64,000 nt of DNA from contig NW_024704743.1 of assembly GCF_018977255.1 (NCBI RefSeq), forward strand, positions 51,400,001 to 51,464,000, given 5' to 3'. The stretch's first letter is position 1. The number at the start of each line of letters is the position of its first letter. The stretch is from Callorhinchus milii (taxonomy: Eukaryota). The notes below the pieces were generated by a model. It saw nothing but the letters and a program-made list of their open reading frames with translations. It did no database searches and was not told the origin of the DNA. This document shows positions 49,621 to 63,658 of the stretch, in pieces. The translations under genes and the position numbers were made by a program.

Positions 49621-50214
49621 ATAAAAATAAGTCTAGATGTTGGTGGAATTTCTTCCCCAGAATATTCAGCTAACTGGTCAAACCTCTTCTCCCTTCCTCC
49701 TCCCCCCACCCACCCCTCCCAATACACACACACACCTGCACACACTGTTAGCATAGTAACAATTGTGATCTCATGGAGTCTCTTTTCATACCAGACTGCA
49801 CTTCTCCCTGTACCTCCAGCATTGTTCTCAACCTCACTTACTGTATTATTTATAATGCACGCAGAATGAACTGTTGATTCTAACTTGATAACCTTGCAGT
49901 GGTTACTTCATGTTTCGTTAGCTCCACGGTGTGGAGATACAATACACATGAAATGGCACAGACTACATCAGCTGTCACTGGTTGGTATGACAGCAGCTTA
50001 AATTACTGGTGAAGGTGGAATAAGTAACCTCCATATGCTTTACAGTAAGTAGTGCATAATAAATGCAATGCACACGCAGGAGTGATTTCAAACCTGTACT
50101 CTCAGACCCGAGGTGCTGCTGATAGTCACAAGGACCTTGAGCTTTGTTCTCACAGTTTGTCATCTCATCTGAACCCCTTGATTAGATTACTGCTTTCTGC
50201 ACTCTAGGGTATCC

Positions 50215-50316
50215 ATTACTGCTGCTCTATTTGAGATCAGCTTACGCAGCACAGACCAGGGGATCAGGCCCTCCTGATCTGATCACATTGTGCAGTTTGC
50301 TCACTGAGCCAGCGGG
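50215..50316 (-). mobile_element. LF-SINE-like 5' fragment
   Basis: Reverse complement tggctcagtgagcaaa...cagatcaggaggg...tgatcccctggtctgtgctgcgtaagctgatctca...gcagcagta. Confidence 0.7.
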
Positions 50317-50717
50317 GAAAAGTTTTGTAAGTGAAAATTTGAAGCTTTTTTTTTCTTTCTAGTGACCAGTTCCAAATAAATGAGAGCCCAACATCTTGAA
50401 TTGATAAGAGGTACCATATGGTCCCAGGCTGCAGTAATTCTATATGGTCAGGGTTCCTGCTAGAGAGTCTGAGTGCCAACAATAATACTGTATTTCCACT
50501 CATATTTATTGTAGTGAATGAGATCATTGTACAATATTAAATGATCCAATAATACTGACGGAACAAGTGAAAACATCACTGGGGATTGACAGCTGTTTTA
50601 ATCATTCACAACTGTGAAATAAAAGCAATATTATACCAGTGTAAAGTATTACTTATTCACATCTGCTGCGCAAACTATTCAAAATGCCAGCCAAGGAGTA
50701 CATAGAATAAATACATT

Positions 50718-51321
50718 GGGGCCTATTATGCGAGTTGTGTAAACCTTGTTATAACATGTGTAGAAGGGAATTACAGGTGTCCTTATTTAACAACTAAAGG
50801 AAAGAATTACAAGTGCATCTGTCACCTTTTTCATTGATTCTTAATTGCATAATTAAGGGCATCTGCAATATTCTACACATGTGCTTGCACATGGACTACA
50901 CATGTTATATGTTATACGTGGAGTTCTGTAGCCTAGTGGTTAGAGCACTCACCTTGCAAGCGAGAGGACCTGGGATTGATTCCTGGGCAGGGCGAAACCT
51001 TACGCAAGTTTACTTAGTCCACATGCCTCTGTTTACCAAGCAGTAAATAGGAACCCGGTTGTTAGTCGATTAGCTGATCACTTTTCCAGGGATAATAATC
51101 CCTTCAAAAAAAATTAAATAATAATAATAATTTGATCACTCAATCCACAACTGTTTGTGGGACACGGCTGTGCGTAATTGGCTGCTGCATTTTGCCCACA
51201 AAATATGTAGTTAATTTACTTTACAGTATATTCCGTGAAGTGCTTTGAGACATCTCGAAGATGTGATTAGACGTTATATCAAATGCAAAGGTTATTATTA
51301 TTTTAATACAACTTACATAAT
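50718..51321. repeat. Ancient palindromic element interrupted by a SINE
   Basis: acatgtgtagaa...attacaggtgtcctta (50754-) / taagggcatctgcaat...ttctacacatgt (-50882); outer arms attatgcgagttgt (50725-) / acaacttacataat (51308-51321). Confidence 0.6.
50918..51303 (+). mobile_element. SINE family A, full length
   Basis: gtggagttctgtagcctagtggttagagcactcaccttgcaagcgag...; tail (TTA)n; short ATAC duplication on the flanks. Confidence 0.93.
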
Positions 51322-51327
51322 GCTGTG

Positions 51328-51751
51328 GTCAGCCTGGCTTAGTTGGTAGCACTCTCATCCCTGAGTCACAAGCTCAAGCCCCATGTCTGAATATTGAATT
51401 CACATAGTCTATTCCGATGCACCGATAAAGTGCCGGGGATACGCTGCACTGTTGGAGGTGACATCCTTTGGAAGAGATGTTAAACCAAGAACTCTTCTGC
51501 CTGTTCAGGATCCCATTGCACTATTTGACAAGAGAAAGGAGTTTCTGCTTATGTGCTGCCCAACAATTACCCCCCAGATAAAGAAATATCATTCACTTCA
51601 TGGCTGTTGGTAAGACATTGCTGTGCGCAAATTGGCTGCCCTGTTCACTTTATATACACAGTCACTATACTTTACAGTAAATCATGTGAAACGCTTTGAG
51701 ATTTCTCCGGAATGGGAAAGATGTATATCAAATGTAAGGATTATTATTATT
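51328..51751 (+). mobile_element. Deu-domain SINE, full length
   Basis: gtcagcctggcttagttggtagcactctc head; gctgcactgttggaggtgacatcctttggaagagatgttaaacc Deu core; tail (TTA)n. Confidence 0.9.
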
Positions 51752-52662
51752 AAATGATCAAGCCGCTATCACTGCCACAGCTTTGAAATGACCTCAGCAG
51801 CATCCCACCCAGGGCCATTTGCAATCCCTGTAAAGGGCACTGGAGGCCTTCATTCTAGCATTCCCTGATTATGAAAATATTAGCTCTTCACTTCCTGGCT
51901 GTTTGTGGAACATTCCTTGTGAAAATTGGCTGTTGCATTCATTTACAAAGTCACTACACTTTACAGGAAATTTTGTGAAATGCATTGAGACTTTTGGAGC
52001 AATAATGTTATGTGATTTATATCAAATGCAAGAATTATTATTAAAAAAAGAAGTGTTTGCTTCCCAAATCTCTTGTACATTCCATAATAAGTTCTCCCTC
52101 GTGCAATACTTTTCCTTTTACTAACCTGTCTTTCACCTCTGGGACCAGCATTTGAGACAAATCAAGGTGGTATCAGGATTCTTTCCTCTCTGTGCTGTGT
52201 GCATGCACAAACCTGTCTTTAATTTATAATACTAAGAATGAAAATCCTTTCATTTCATATAACGCCTTTCATGTTGGGAGGACATCTCAAAGCATTTCAC
52301 AGGCTATACTGTGACATCGAGTGACTGTGTATTTGTGGTTGCATGTCTGAATTGCCATTAAAGTGGCAATATCAATTGGAAATGTACAAATTGTTGGTAT
52401 GAGAAATTCACACAGGTGCAACAGAGGTTGAAATTAAAACACAGTGCAGGTCTATGGGGAAAGGGATCTAGAGATCTTTTTATTTTGTGTTACTATGGAA
52501 ACCTCAGAGTATACAAGCAACAAAAAGATTGCTACTTTTGGCGAACAGTGTGCAAGATGCTCCATGTTGATGTAAAGAAAGTTTTAGCTTGTGTTACAGC
52601 TGACCTGGAAGTACTTTAAACTAAAAAGGTTGTGACAAATCCAAAACGGCTGCATTTCTCAA

Positions 52663-52865
52663 GTTGCTAGTCGATTGGCAGACCACTTTTCAAGGGTAAT
52701 AATCCCTCCAAAACTGTTTGTGGGATATTGCTGCATGTATTTGCCTGCCGCGTTTTGCCCACAAAATACAGTCAATGTACTTTACAATATATTCTGTGGA
52801 GCACTTTGAGCCATTTTATCAATGTGATAAAGCACTATTTCAAAGAGAAGGATTATTATTATTAT
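52663..52865 (+). mobile_element. 5'-truncated SINE family A
   Basis: gttgctagtcgattggcagaccacttttcaagggtaataatccctcc...ggattattattattat. Confidence 0.88.
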
Positions 52866-54379
52866 GACACTTCTAGCTTTCCTCAGGAAAAATGATGAGC
52901 TCAGAAATTGAGAAAGGTAAAGCTGTAATCAGACAAAGTATTTGATAGTGATGTTAAGTGCTTTGTGAAACAGGGCTGAGAAGGTGAACTGAAAATAGGA
53001 GCTGAAGCTTTTAAATCTCACGGTGTGCTGTGAGCACACAACTCTGGAAATAGAGATAGTCCATCGAGGACAGAGGCTCTTCAGTCCCTTGTAATTACTT
53101 GTCAGTGTGCACCTGAGAATTGCTCCCAGAGATTCTGACCTATTAAATCCAGCCAGAGTTTCACTGAAGGTTTCCAGGGCAGCACTGCACAGTTGCCCTA
53201 TAAGCTGGTATGACAAGCACTTGGATACACAAAGGCTGGGAATTACATGCAGCTATTTTATTGCAGGATAGCCAACGGCAGTGACATCAGGACAGCATGT
53301 GCTCTACAAGCTTAGTGTGGTAACTAGTATGTTTCAAGCAATGCTGAGCTGTGTTAACATAAAGCCTCATAAGACAGGATTAGATGGGGAAGAAACAGCA
53401 ACACACAAAAATGGGCAACGATTCTCTGAGGAATGACATGAGTTACCGAACACTAATTACCCAGTTAAATTATTCTCAGGTTCATATCAAGCACAGACCC
53501 ATACTCAATGCGCATTAACCCCTCCTTCCTCCAGTATATATGCTGTGCGTGTATTGTGTTCAATCCAAATCACACCTGTCAGCTAAACATGGCTCAATTT
53601 ATCAATGATCAACCTCGTTGTGTTTTCAATATCTTTACTGCCAGGTCTGTTATTGATTGGCACGAACTTCTGCATAATGTACACATGTACAGATATACAG
53701 ATTTTTTTTATTTTTTATACAGAAAAGTTTATTGGAAATTTGCTTTCCTCCTTAAATCTGCTTGACAACACAGCAACACAGATATTTAGTGTAGTTTCTT
53801 AAATTTCACCTAAAAATATACATTTGATAGGTGAACTGCAATTCATAGTAAATTCTGTAAAGCATTTTGAGACATCCTCCTGATGTGAAAGGTGCAATAT
53901 CAAATGCAATTGATATATGCAATCGCTAATTATCAAGAACTTCACTTGGGCAATAACATGAAGATTGTTCAAACAAGCAAACATTTCAATTTTAATGCTG
54001 GCAGTCATTTATAAAGGTCATTCAAAAATATCCTCATCATCAGGGTAGTAGTTGTCAGGAGCCAGTGAAGGATTTCCGGCACAAAGTGATGTCAGTGTTG
54101 CTTCCTGCGCAGAAAGCAACATCAATGGTGACCTGACACCCAAGAGTCAGATATTTAGACTGGGAAGCTGGCCAGTCAGTGCTTGAAGCATTGTGCTTCT
54201 GGTATAGGTCTTGGCCACAGTATAGCCATTGAAGTGTAATTTATTGTATAGAAGAAGGCCATTTGGTCCATTGTATCATTATTTTTTACATCAAGATCCC
54301 ATAAACATCATAAAGTTGAACCACGCTCATTCTAATGTGCTGCCCTGTATCAAGGGAGAAAGTAAAGTTTGCAGTTATA

Positions 54380-54810
54380 ACAATAATATTATTCAGTTTT
54401 GATAGAGTATCTAAATATTTTAAAGCACTTCGCAAGTGTTGGCAAACAATTTTTCATTCAGCAATATCCCACAAACATCATGCAGTTAATCTGGAGCTAA
54501 CTCGCCATAGCTAGGCCACCTTTTCGTATAAGAAACTTTTCTTATTTTATAAGAAAATAAGAAACTTTTCTTATTTTATAATTGTGTTCCTTTTTGAACA
54601 GAGCCATGGGATCCGTGTATCCACTTGAACATGCAGACAGGACTTCACTTGATCATCTCATTGTAAGGAAAGCACTTCCAACAAAATGTTGCTCTCCCAG
54701 AACTGCAGTAGAGTATCAGTGGAGTCCATGACCTTAGTAGTAGACTGTGGCTTCAACCCCCCAACCTTGAGACTCAGAGATGAGAGTGCTATCAGGTGAG
54801 CCAGGCTGAC
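54380..54810 (-). mobile_element. Old Deu-domain SINE
   Basis: gccatgggatc...atccacttgaacatgcagacagg...gactcagagatgagagtgctatcaggtgagccaggctgac. Confidence 0.75.
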
Positions 54811-55599
54811 TTTGATCAGTGGTTCGCTCACTCCTAGCCCAGCACTTTTTTCACAATCTGATTTTGTGACTTAAAACACAATAAAGCTGTTGTTTGAGAA
54901 TTTTATCTTTCTATTAGATATTTTCACATATTTAAAATCCCTTATTCTGCCTGTTTTAACACACGCGCTGGCACTGTACCACCCCCACAGAGTGCACAGC
55001 AGCCCTAGAATCAGATTTCCCACACTGTGGGTTGTGCTGCTTAAACTAAGCAAACATCAATGCTTTGTTTTGTATTTTAGTTACCTTGCTCTATTTATTT
55101 ATTTATTTTCACCACGTTTATTTGAAATGAAAATGAAATTTGTTTTGAACAATGGAGCTTTTCATCTCAGGGAAAGAAAACTGCCAGATATGTAACAGAT
55201 ATCCAGCAATATTCCCATGCAATTGAACCCATAGCCGAGCCTAATGGATGATAAATTATCTGTCACTCCATTTTATTTTACTACAATCATCACTTGCCTT
55301 ATTTCCATACGTTTCTAGGAGCCTCTTATCTAATTCCTATTGAGTTATATGGAAAATCAAAAAATATCAGAATCTTTCAACCAGACAAAGCAATTCTGCT
55401 CAAAACAAGCCCACTGTTTGCCATTTTTTGCAACCTTCACAGATGGTCTTATCAGTAAAGCCCTAGAGTAGGGCAACCCTGGCTCTGCACTGGTGACATG
55501 TTCTCAGTTCTCTACCAATACCACACTTGATTGGGGATTGGACAAGACTAGACTGGTGTTACTGCCTCACTGGTTTCTGACCCCCGCCACCCCACAAAC

Positions 55600-55745
55600 T
55601 CCTCAAATGCATAAGGGAAAGGGAATAGAGGTGCATATTAGAGGGGAACGGGAAGTCAGGGCATTCAGGTGTAGGATAAGCATCGACGTAGATTAGTCGG
55701 GCTGAGTGGCCTATTTACATGCCGTATCGCTTTATGTAATTCTGT
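55600..55745 (+). mobile_element. Old CR1 3' end
   Basis: aagggaaagggaatagagg...gattagtcgggctgagtggcct...tgtaattct. Confidence 0.55.
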
Positions 55746-56261
55746 GCAAATTTTCAACTTGTTTTAACTACGTTGACCATTCTGAAATCCAGGCGCTAGG
55801 ACTGAGCTCCAGATGAACAATGTATTACGGAGATGCCAAGCTGCTGATTGTTTTTCACGAGGGATCTACTAAGCTCTCAAATGTTGTCTTAAAAACTCAG
55901 AAGCCTGTGTTGTAGTTATCCGAATCTTGATCTCCAGGCAATTCCATTGTTATATTGTACATTTTTAGTCAGTGTGACATGAAACTTCCATTGGTCAAAA
56001 TTAACTGGTCTTGTAAAAATAATTCAGATACCGGACCATTTTAAGCTAATTTTCATGTTTCATATATACAATATACATACTACATACCTGCAGCATACAT
56101 ACTACAATAATGATTATCAATAAAGTATATGTTTCTCATACTATCAAGAGAATTATGATATTCCATTGCACTGTAACATTCCATCTTTGAAAATATAAGC
56201 TTTCTGTTGTCATATTTGTGCTTTGTGTTTGGAGAGTTGATTTGAATTTTTCCTCATTTCT

Positions 56262-56664
56262 AACAACAACAACAACAACAAAATTACCTTTATAGAGCGC
56301 CTTTCACATCGTGAGGATGTCCCAAGGCGCTGAACAGTCAGGGGTCAGGACCCGAGAATGGGGGAGGGGTGGGGTAGGGGTGAGGGAAGGCAAAGAGATG
56401 GGAGGGCGACTGAAGGTACGATCGAAGAGAAGGGTCTTGAGACCAACCTTGAAGGAGGCAAAGGAGGAAGCGAGGTGAAGGGACTGTGGGATGGAGTTCC
56501 AGCGTGTAGGGGCAGAGAGGCTGAAAGCTCGGTCATCGATGGTCGGGCGGGTCGGGTGGGAGACATGGAGCAGGCCGGAGCTCGCTGAACGGAGGGAGCG
56601 GGCAGGTTGGTAGGGAGTCAGCAGATCAGAGAAGTAGGAGGGGGTAAGGCCATGGATGGCCTTG
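56262..56664 (-). mobile_element. Young 5'-truncated L2 (same family as 23355-26726)
   Basis: Colinear with 23355-23759; KAIHGLTPSYFSDLLTPYQPARSLRS...RAFSLSAPTRWNSIP; (AAC)n tail. Confidence 0.95.
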
Positions 56665-58329
56665 CCCACTATCTTATAGTGCCAGGTTTTACTATCCTCA
56701 CCTGCCAGCAAAAGGAACCAGGCATGGCCTCAGATAAGTGATACATAAACCTGCTCAAACTTATATTATCATGTATTGCGAAGCACCGCTCCAAGACACA
56801 ATTCTGCATGCATTAGATAAATGCAACTTGTTGTTGATCAACAGAAGATTTAAAATACATTTTAAAATGGCACGTTGGGGAATTATTTAAACTAGATTGA
56901 GTAAAATAATAAAATCCTTGCATTTGAAATAGCATGTATAATGTCAAAACGACTCAAATTGCCTGTCAAATTTATTGACTGTTTCATGAGATATATATTG
57001 ATACCTTCAAACCTCCAAGCACCATTCCATCGCTCTCAGTTCTCTGTTAATGTCACTTGTACCAGCTGATAGCAAGATGGACAAAAGTGGACTGGCTGAT
57101 TATTACCTCTATGAAATATTTGACTTTTGTTTTGAAAAAAACATTAACCATTCTATAATGTTTTCATAACCTGCAAATAAGTTAGTTTCAGTTATTGTGA
57201 GTTTATAATAGATGTAGCTTTTTGTGCAAATTATTTACAAATTTACAAAAATTATTTATATTATTATTATTATAAATTCAAGGATTTTTATCAAGAGCTT
57301 TTAAAACATTTGGTGAGAAGAACAAATGTTTTATGGTAAAGACATAAATTAAAATTTTGAAACTGGATAGGGTTGGAGTTGTATTTTGAATTAGACAGAG
57401 ATTTAGATGGATCTTCATAAACTACCAGGAAATGTTGTGAATGTATCACATTGATTACTAGACAACAAGGAATTTATGGCAATGTGTGTTGAGCATTCTC
57501 CATTGTTTGGCTATTACTGTCATCAACTTGTTGATCTGAGGTAATATGATACAAATGACCTGAGGAAATTGGCATTCACCCACACGACAAGAATAGCTGA
57601 AATAATGCAAAGTACTGAAGAGCAAAGTTATTTCCTCTGCTTCAGTGCATTGCCTCCAGCTTTCCCACTGAGTTAAACTGTAGGTGTGGACTATTGTTAC
57701 ATATGCCATTCTTAAATGATGGATCACTGATTGTAGTTTGCTTGTTACATCTGCAAGACACCATAACAATATCCGTGAAGGCGGGTGGTGGGGCCACCAG
57801 AATTGTACCTTCAGGAACCATTGAAACTATATGTTATCATTCCGCATGTCGAAGTTTCAAAGACCTTGTCAAAATGAAACTAGTTCTTGCTATTAAGCTA
57901 TCCCCTTTGTTAGCTGCTGCAACTGTCTATTCTCATAAACTGTCTTAACATTGCAGGTTTGGCTTTCTATGTTTTTTCCAATTGGATTCACCAAGTATTT
58001 GATGCTCATGCTCTGCCCAACAGCAAGCACACTTTGTTATTACTCATTATGCCCACTTTGCTCCCCCCACCCAGCTGGCACCTGACTGATGTACATCATG
58101 AGGACATGTTTTATATGTTTTCTCTATTATTTGAAACATAGGCTTGTGCTTCATCTGACTATGATATATTATGATACATCTGACAGGGAATCTTCAGTGA
58201 GAGGTGTGTGCAATTATTTTCTTTCTCTGCAAAGTAAACAGTGCTTCATTTGATTTGAAAAAAAGTAAGGATTATTTGTATTTGGGTCAAATGAAATGGT
58301 GTTGATGTCTGGAGGAGATGTCTTCATCA

Positions 58330-58868
58330 CTTTTCGACTTGCTTCTCCAATACTGGCATTCTCAGCTCAACCCTCCACAAACTACAAGTCTTCACCACCC
58401 ATATTGTTTCCTATTCCAGACTCCTCACCCCATCCTTTTCCAGGCTCCACTGGCACCCTATTCCCCAGCAGATTGATTTTAAGATCCTTGTTCTGACTTT
58501 CAAATGCTTCCACTCTTACCTGATCCTACCTCTGAGATTTGTGAACTTACTCCCTTACTCATTTTGTCTGCTCTGCCAGTTTAGGTCTACACCATATTCC
58601 CGCCCTCTTCACCCAATATTACAGTAGTGGAAGAGCTGTCTGCTACTTGCCCAACTCTCTGGAACTCACTACCTGAATTCCTCTGCCTTGCACACTGCCT
58701 CCCCACTTTAAAAACCCTTCTAAAAACTTAACTCTTTGACTGTGCTTCTAGTTATCTCCTCCTATCCCCACCCAATCCTCCACCCTGCTGAGGCACCCAC
58801 TCTGTTTCTGTGAAGCCCTGAGATGTTGAACTATGTGCTAGGCACTATATAAGTGTAAGTTGTTGCTG
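58330..58868 (+). mobile_element. Old L2 3' fragment
   Basis: ctcaccccatcc...ctccactggcacc...gattgattttaagatcc...ctctggaactcact...ttaaaaacccttct; ends gtgtaagttgttg. Confidence 0.8.
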
Positions 58869-60452
58869 TGTCTAATATCCATTTCTGTTTATTATGATCA
58901 TGTAAAATACTTGTATGTAATGCAACAAACTTAGACAAACCTGAAAACATCAAATATTAAAATAATTATTTCTGATTTACGATAAGTTGAGTAAATCACA
59001 GGGGACTTCTAACGAGTTGCAGAGTTTTAGTAATTGACTAGTTTTGTATCTCTCTGTCTCTTACCTTCTTATCAGCCACCATTTGAACAAGAACAACAAC
59101 TTGATTTCCTTTGGGAGGGGCAGGAGATTAGTTGTCAAACACTGGACAGACTATGCTGTGGCTGGGAATCCACTCAGGCTAGAATCCATTTCACCTGCGG
59201 CTTTAAGCGACCTTAATTCTGTCTGTAGGGTTACGTTCAAATCTAGTTTGTCAGAAGTGACTGATCATGTTTGAGAACAGTGTTCTAATATTATCAACAA
59301 TACAGTTCCTCCGAGACATCTGTTTACATGTTTGGGGTGGGGGTGGGGGGCAAAAGTAGCATATTAATAAAGAACTTTCTAAGGGCAATGCCCCAATGGG
59401 ACTTTAATCAGATGTGGTTTGCCTAATGCTTAACTCTTTCTACACTGTGTTACTTCTGCTCCTCAGAGCACATCACCATATTATCCATCTTGTGTTCAAA
59501 TTCTTTACAATACTGCAATGTAAGATATCAAAGTGTAGAATTCTCAAGTTATTATTTTTACATTGCTTTCCATTCAGTGTTATCAAACACAACATATCAA
59601 GAATTAAATTCCCTCAGTGTGCTGCAAACAACCTACTATCTTCTTTCAGATCTTAAAATTACATTTTTTTTGAATTAGGTGGTGATGAGTATATTCATCT
59701 GGAAGTTGAACATCTGAGCATTTCCCCACCTTACTAACCTTAAAGGCATTGTGGGTTAATGGTTTATATATGTGGCTTAATCCTCTCCTGCATGCATAAT
59801 ATCAACCTCTTTGCATAAATAATAGCAAATAATGATGTGTCATAAATAATTGATTGCATATTAATGCGATTGAAATAGATTCCAAAGCCACCATCTTTAT
59901 TAACACTCTAAGGGGAAGCAGGAACTCAGCCAGAACGACAACTTAGGAGGGGGTGCTAAAAATATGCACTCAGCAGACTACAAAGAAAATGCCTAACAAA
60001 CACACTTCTCCGCCGCTGTTTGGCACTGATTGCTGGTATAATCTTGGTGGCGCAAAACACGTTTTGATCCTTTATTGCTGATGTTGAGAGTAATTTACCT
60101 ACAGGGGAGCCAAAGGTCTCCCATCACCAATAGCTACTTCAGGTCTGAAGCAAAAAAAATCTGTCAACCTCAATTTACCTCTCAGTGAACATTAGTTTAT
60201 AGGAAGACAAAAATCCTGCCCAAGACGTGTTGCTTTGTCATTGCTACCTGTCACTTGAGCCAAGATTTAGTAAAGGGTGGAGTAGGCAATTCATACTTCA
60301 GGGAAGTAAAGTATACTCCTCAATCAGAGTATTTGGTAAATAACAGAGATTATAAATTTGAGATCTGCTATACTGTATGAACCTTTGACCATCTCAATCC
60401 ACCAGGTGAACCTACACTTTGGAAATGAGGAGATTATTCTCCAGTCCTCAGT

Positions 60453-60581
60453 AAATGTACTGACCTTCGGTAGCATGTGATTATAATGGGAATTCCCATT
60501 TTAAGCCTGCATCCCCAAGGTCAGTAATTTTATCATTGAGTGGAAAATAACAGATACTTGCTGCCAAAGGTCAGTACATTT
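60453..60581. repeat. 23-bp inverted repeat (21/23) enclosing a perfect 16-bp palindrome
   Basis: aaatgtactgaccttcggtagca / tgctgccaaaggtcagtacattt; internal aatgggaattcccatt at 60485-60500. Confidence 0.85.
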
Positions 60582-61677
60582 GTCAACAGGGGGAAGAGGA
60601 GTCCTTAGACACTCCTTCCCACAAGGCCTCACAGAAACAAGCATCTAAAGATTATTACTAGGGATCTCTGATGTTACAAGGTCAAAATGCACCATGATGG
60701 ACAGAAACTGATATATAACATAACCATATAGAGGGAAAGATTTCTCCTCATTAATGAGATGATATCATTTTACCCTTTTCTAAACCATTGGAAGACAATT
60801 CGGCATCTGTTAATCCAGTGTGCTATATGGTCAGCTAGGTCAAGAAAAGAAGTTGGGAGTTCTCTTTCCTGGAATCAGGATCCAGAAGTTCAAGTTATTT
60901 TTAGACTGATTTACCCTTTGAGGATACTCTACAGAGGGCAAGAAATTTGAGAAAAAGCAACTGGTCTGATCTGTATTTCTAACAAGCACATTTCAATTGG
61001 TTTTTAGCGTCAGTTTGTGAGATTCTAATTAAATTTTCACATGATAAACCCATTAGTGGCAAGATTAGTAGTATGACTGACCAGTGGACTTTCACCTATA
61101 GTTGGACATGTATAAATAATGTAGCTGTGTAATGTACCAATTGCAGAAGGATTAATTCATAACTAGTTTCATAGAATCATGGAAGCAGAAAGTGTGTCTG
61201 CAGTAACAATAGTTTGCATTTCGATATGCCCTTTATGCAGAATAGCATTTTGGAGCATGTACAATGATGGGTTGGATGCCAAGCTATGGAGAAGATTAGG
61301 TGATTATGTTTAGTTGAAGAGGTAGGTCTTCAAGTGGGATTTATTTAAATATAGATACAGAGAGGGTGAGACGGAAGGATTAAGACAAGGAGATCAAGAG
61401 ATTAATAGTGTAGTAACTGAATGTACAGTTACTACGTGTAGAGATCATGCTGATATTTAATGATCTGGCTGGAATCTCAGAAAAAATACATGTTAGTTCA
61501 GCTGTTACACAAATAACATGGTACAGCTACTCACCCAGAATATTAGTTTAGAAGCGTCCTTGTGATACAATTGGGGAAAAGGAAGCCAAAGGTTAAGGTG
61601 AAGGTTAGAATATGCAGGATTTATAGAGATAGATTGTAAGCAATCAATAAACAGCATGGAATTATTTACTAACCATG

Positions 61678-61860
61678 AATAGGAACATAAGAATATAGGA
61701 AAACAATAACAGGAACAGGCCATTCAGCCCATCAAATCTGTTCCACCAAGTTATTAGATCTTGGTAGATTTTTTAATCCCAATGTATGATCATGCAGTTT
61801 AATACCTCCACTACCCCTGTATCCATCTATCTATTTTAAGTAGAAACCATTGAATGCCAT
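61678..61860 (-). mobile_element. CR1 3' end (subfamily of 29190-29480)
   Basis: ataggaacataagaatataggaa...aggaacaggccattcagcccatcaaatctgttccacc. Confidence 0.7.
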
Positions 61861-63284
61861 AAACACGTGCCCTTATCAATATGACCATTTTGCTGCCTTT
61901 GCAGGTTAGTCTTTTGTGACCACTCAATTAGAATAAAGGATTATGAAGAACTACAGTCTTAGAGCTCAGTAAGCTTTCTCGCCTCTAGGGATCCATGGAG
62001 TTATGAGTTGGTTAAAACTCACCCAAGAGTGAATGAGTCCATTTCAAATGGTACATTTCTCTCCATACTTGAAATGTCAATCTTGTCCACTTTGTCTAGC
62101 GAAAGGAATTGAACATATGAATTCATAAACACAGATGACACTGGTAACAATAGTGCCAATTCATGTTCTTTGAAATTTAGTCATTTTCCAGTAACTATTT
62201 GGAATACCTTTTGAGTCATATTAGGAGACCTTATACAATTTCCATTCAATTACATTGATGTCCAGTTTTTTCCAAATTGCAGACCAGACCTTCAAACCAC
62301 AGATATCTAAATCTGGTGCATTAAAATCATATTGCTATTTACAGAGGAGAAAATAGAAACATGTCATAAAATAATAATACAATTCTGTTGCCATCTAATG
62401 CTTTAGTGCTAGTTATATAAAAATACAACTGCATTGTACTTTAACATGACCATGTTTTAATCTGTCCACTGCATCTGATTCCTGACATATTTCTTTGTGT
62501 GGTGTGGTAACCTAAACTTTTAATTGTAGCAAGTCACTGTCTTGTTGAATAATTTAGTTTTCCCCAATTGCACATTTTAAAATGTCTACAGGCCAAGTCC
62601 AACAACCCTTGACAAAATGATCTACCAGGTTGCTTTAGTAACATATTTTTTCAACATCCATGAAAATACACTGAGTGAAAGGTATGAAGATAATGGTATA
62701 ACAAGCTGGACTGCCTCCAGACAACAGTGAGGCCAATGTGATTCTGCTGTGGCCTCTTGCACTGTGTAAATATCTCAAGCCTACGAACTGTGCATGCATT
62801 ATCTGCTCATACAGTCTGTGTGCTGAAGCTTCACCCATAGCTCAGCTTCTAATACTTTCAATGGTAATGTGTTTTCATTTTGAATAGTTTTATTCAAAGG
62901 TCCATGATATTGAATGGCATCAAATGTGATGCCAAATAAAAATTTCCAATGGTGTAACACTCTACCAAATTTAATTTGTGTAGGTGAGAGATTAGGGTTG
63001 CTCTCAATCTCAAGTGTTTGCACAATGACATCCAGATAGTAGGGGATTTGTAGCAGTGGGATTTTAAATTATTTTTAATGGAGTTAAAATGATGCCAAAT
63101 ATCCTATTGTAGAATGAACAGTAGAATATTTATGTGTTCCTTTATAACATTATATTTAACAGTGAATATCTTTTTGTGACAAGTTATATTTTTATATTTG
63201 GTTAACACCTACAGTATTCAAAATATGGAAAGTTTCAAATTATATCAGGAAATTTTTTTCCTTATTTCTTTGTTAGAAAATCTT

Positions 63285-63530
63285 CTAATTTTCTTCTCCC
63301 TCCTCACCTAAAGGCACTGACTCATTTTGCAGTACAATTCCACAACGGGAGAAGTGGTGGTCGGGGGGAGGAGGGTCATTGGATTATGTTTATGGTCGGA
63401 AAAAGGAACCATAGTTGATTATTCCCTTCCCTTAAACTAGGAGTGGCAAAACCAGTGAAAGCATTGAAATCTCTTCCACAGCTGAGATTAGCTACATCAG
63501 CCTAGGATGGTGATCAAACATGGGATTGTT
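63285..63530 (-). mobile_element. LF-SINE-like relic with internal deletion
   Basis: Reverse complement tagctaatctcagctg...agggaagggaataatcaactatggttcc...atccaatgaccc...gtggaattgtac...gagtcagtgcctttaggtgaggagggagaagaaaatt. Confidence 0.7.
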
Positions 63531-63658
63531 ATTTGTTTATTGCCCATAAATTTATAACCCTGAATATTATTAAAAGAGAATGAGAAAAACCAATGGGAAA
63601 TATTCTTATGTCTAAAAGGGCTGTTCTATTCTGTTTGCTAACTGTAGTGAACAGTTAA

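Noticed and set aside
61410..61435. Perfect 10-bp stem gtagtaactg/cagttactac
   Set aside because: Short and isolated; cannot be separated from chance or a micro-inversion
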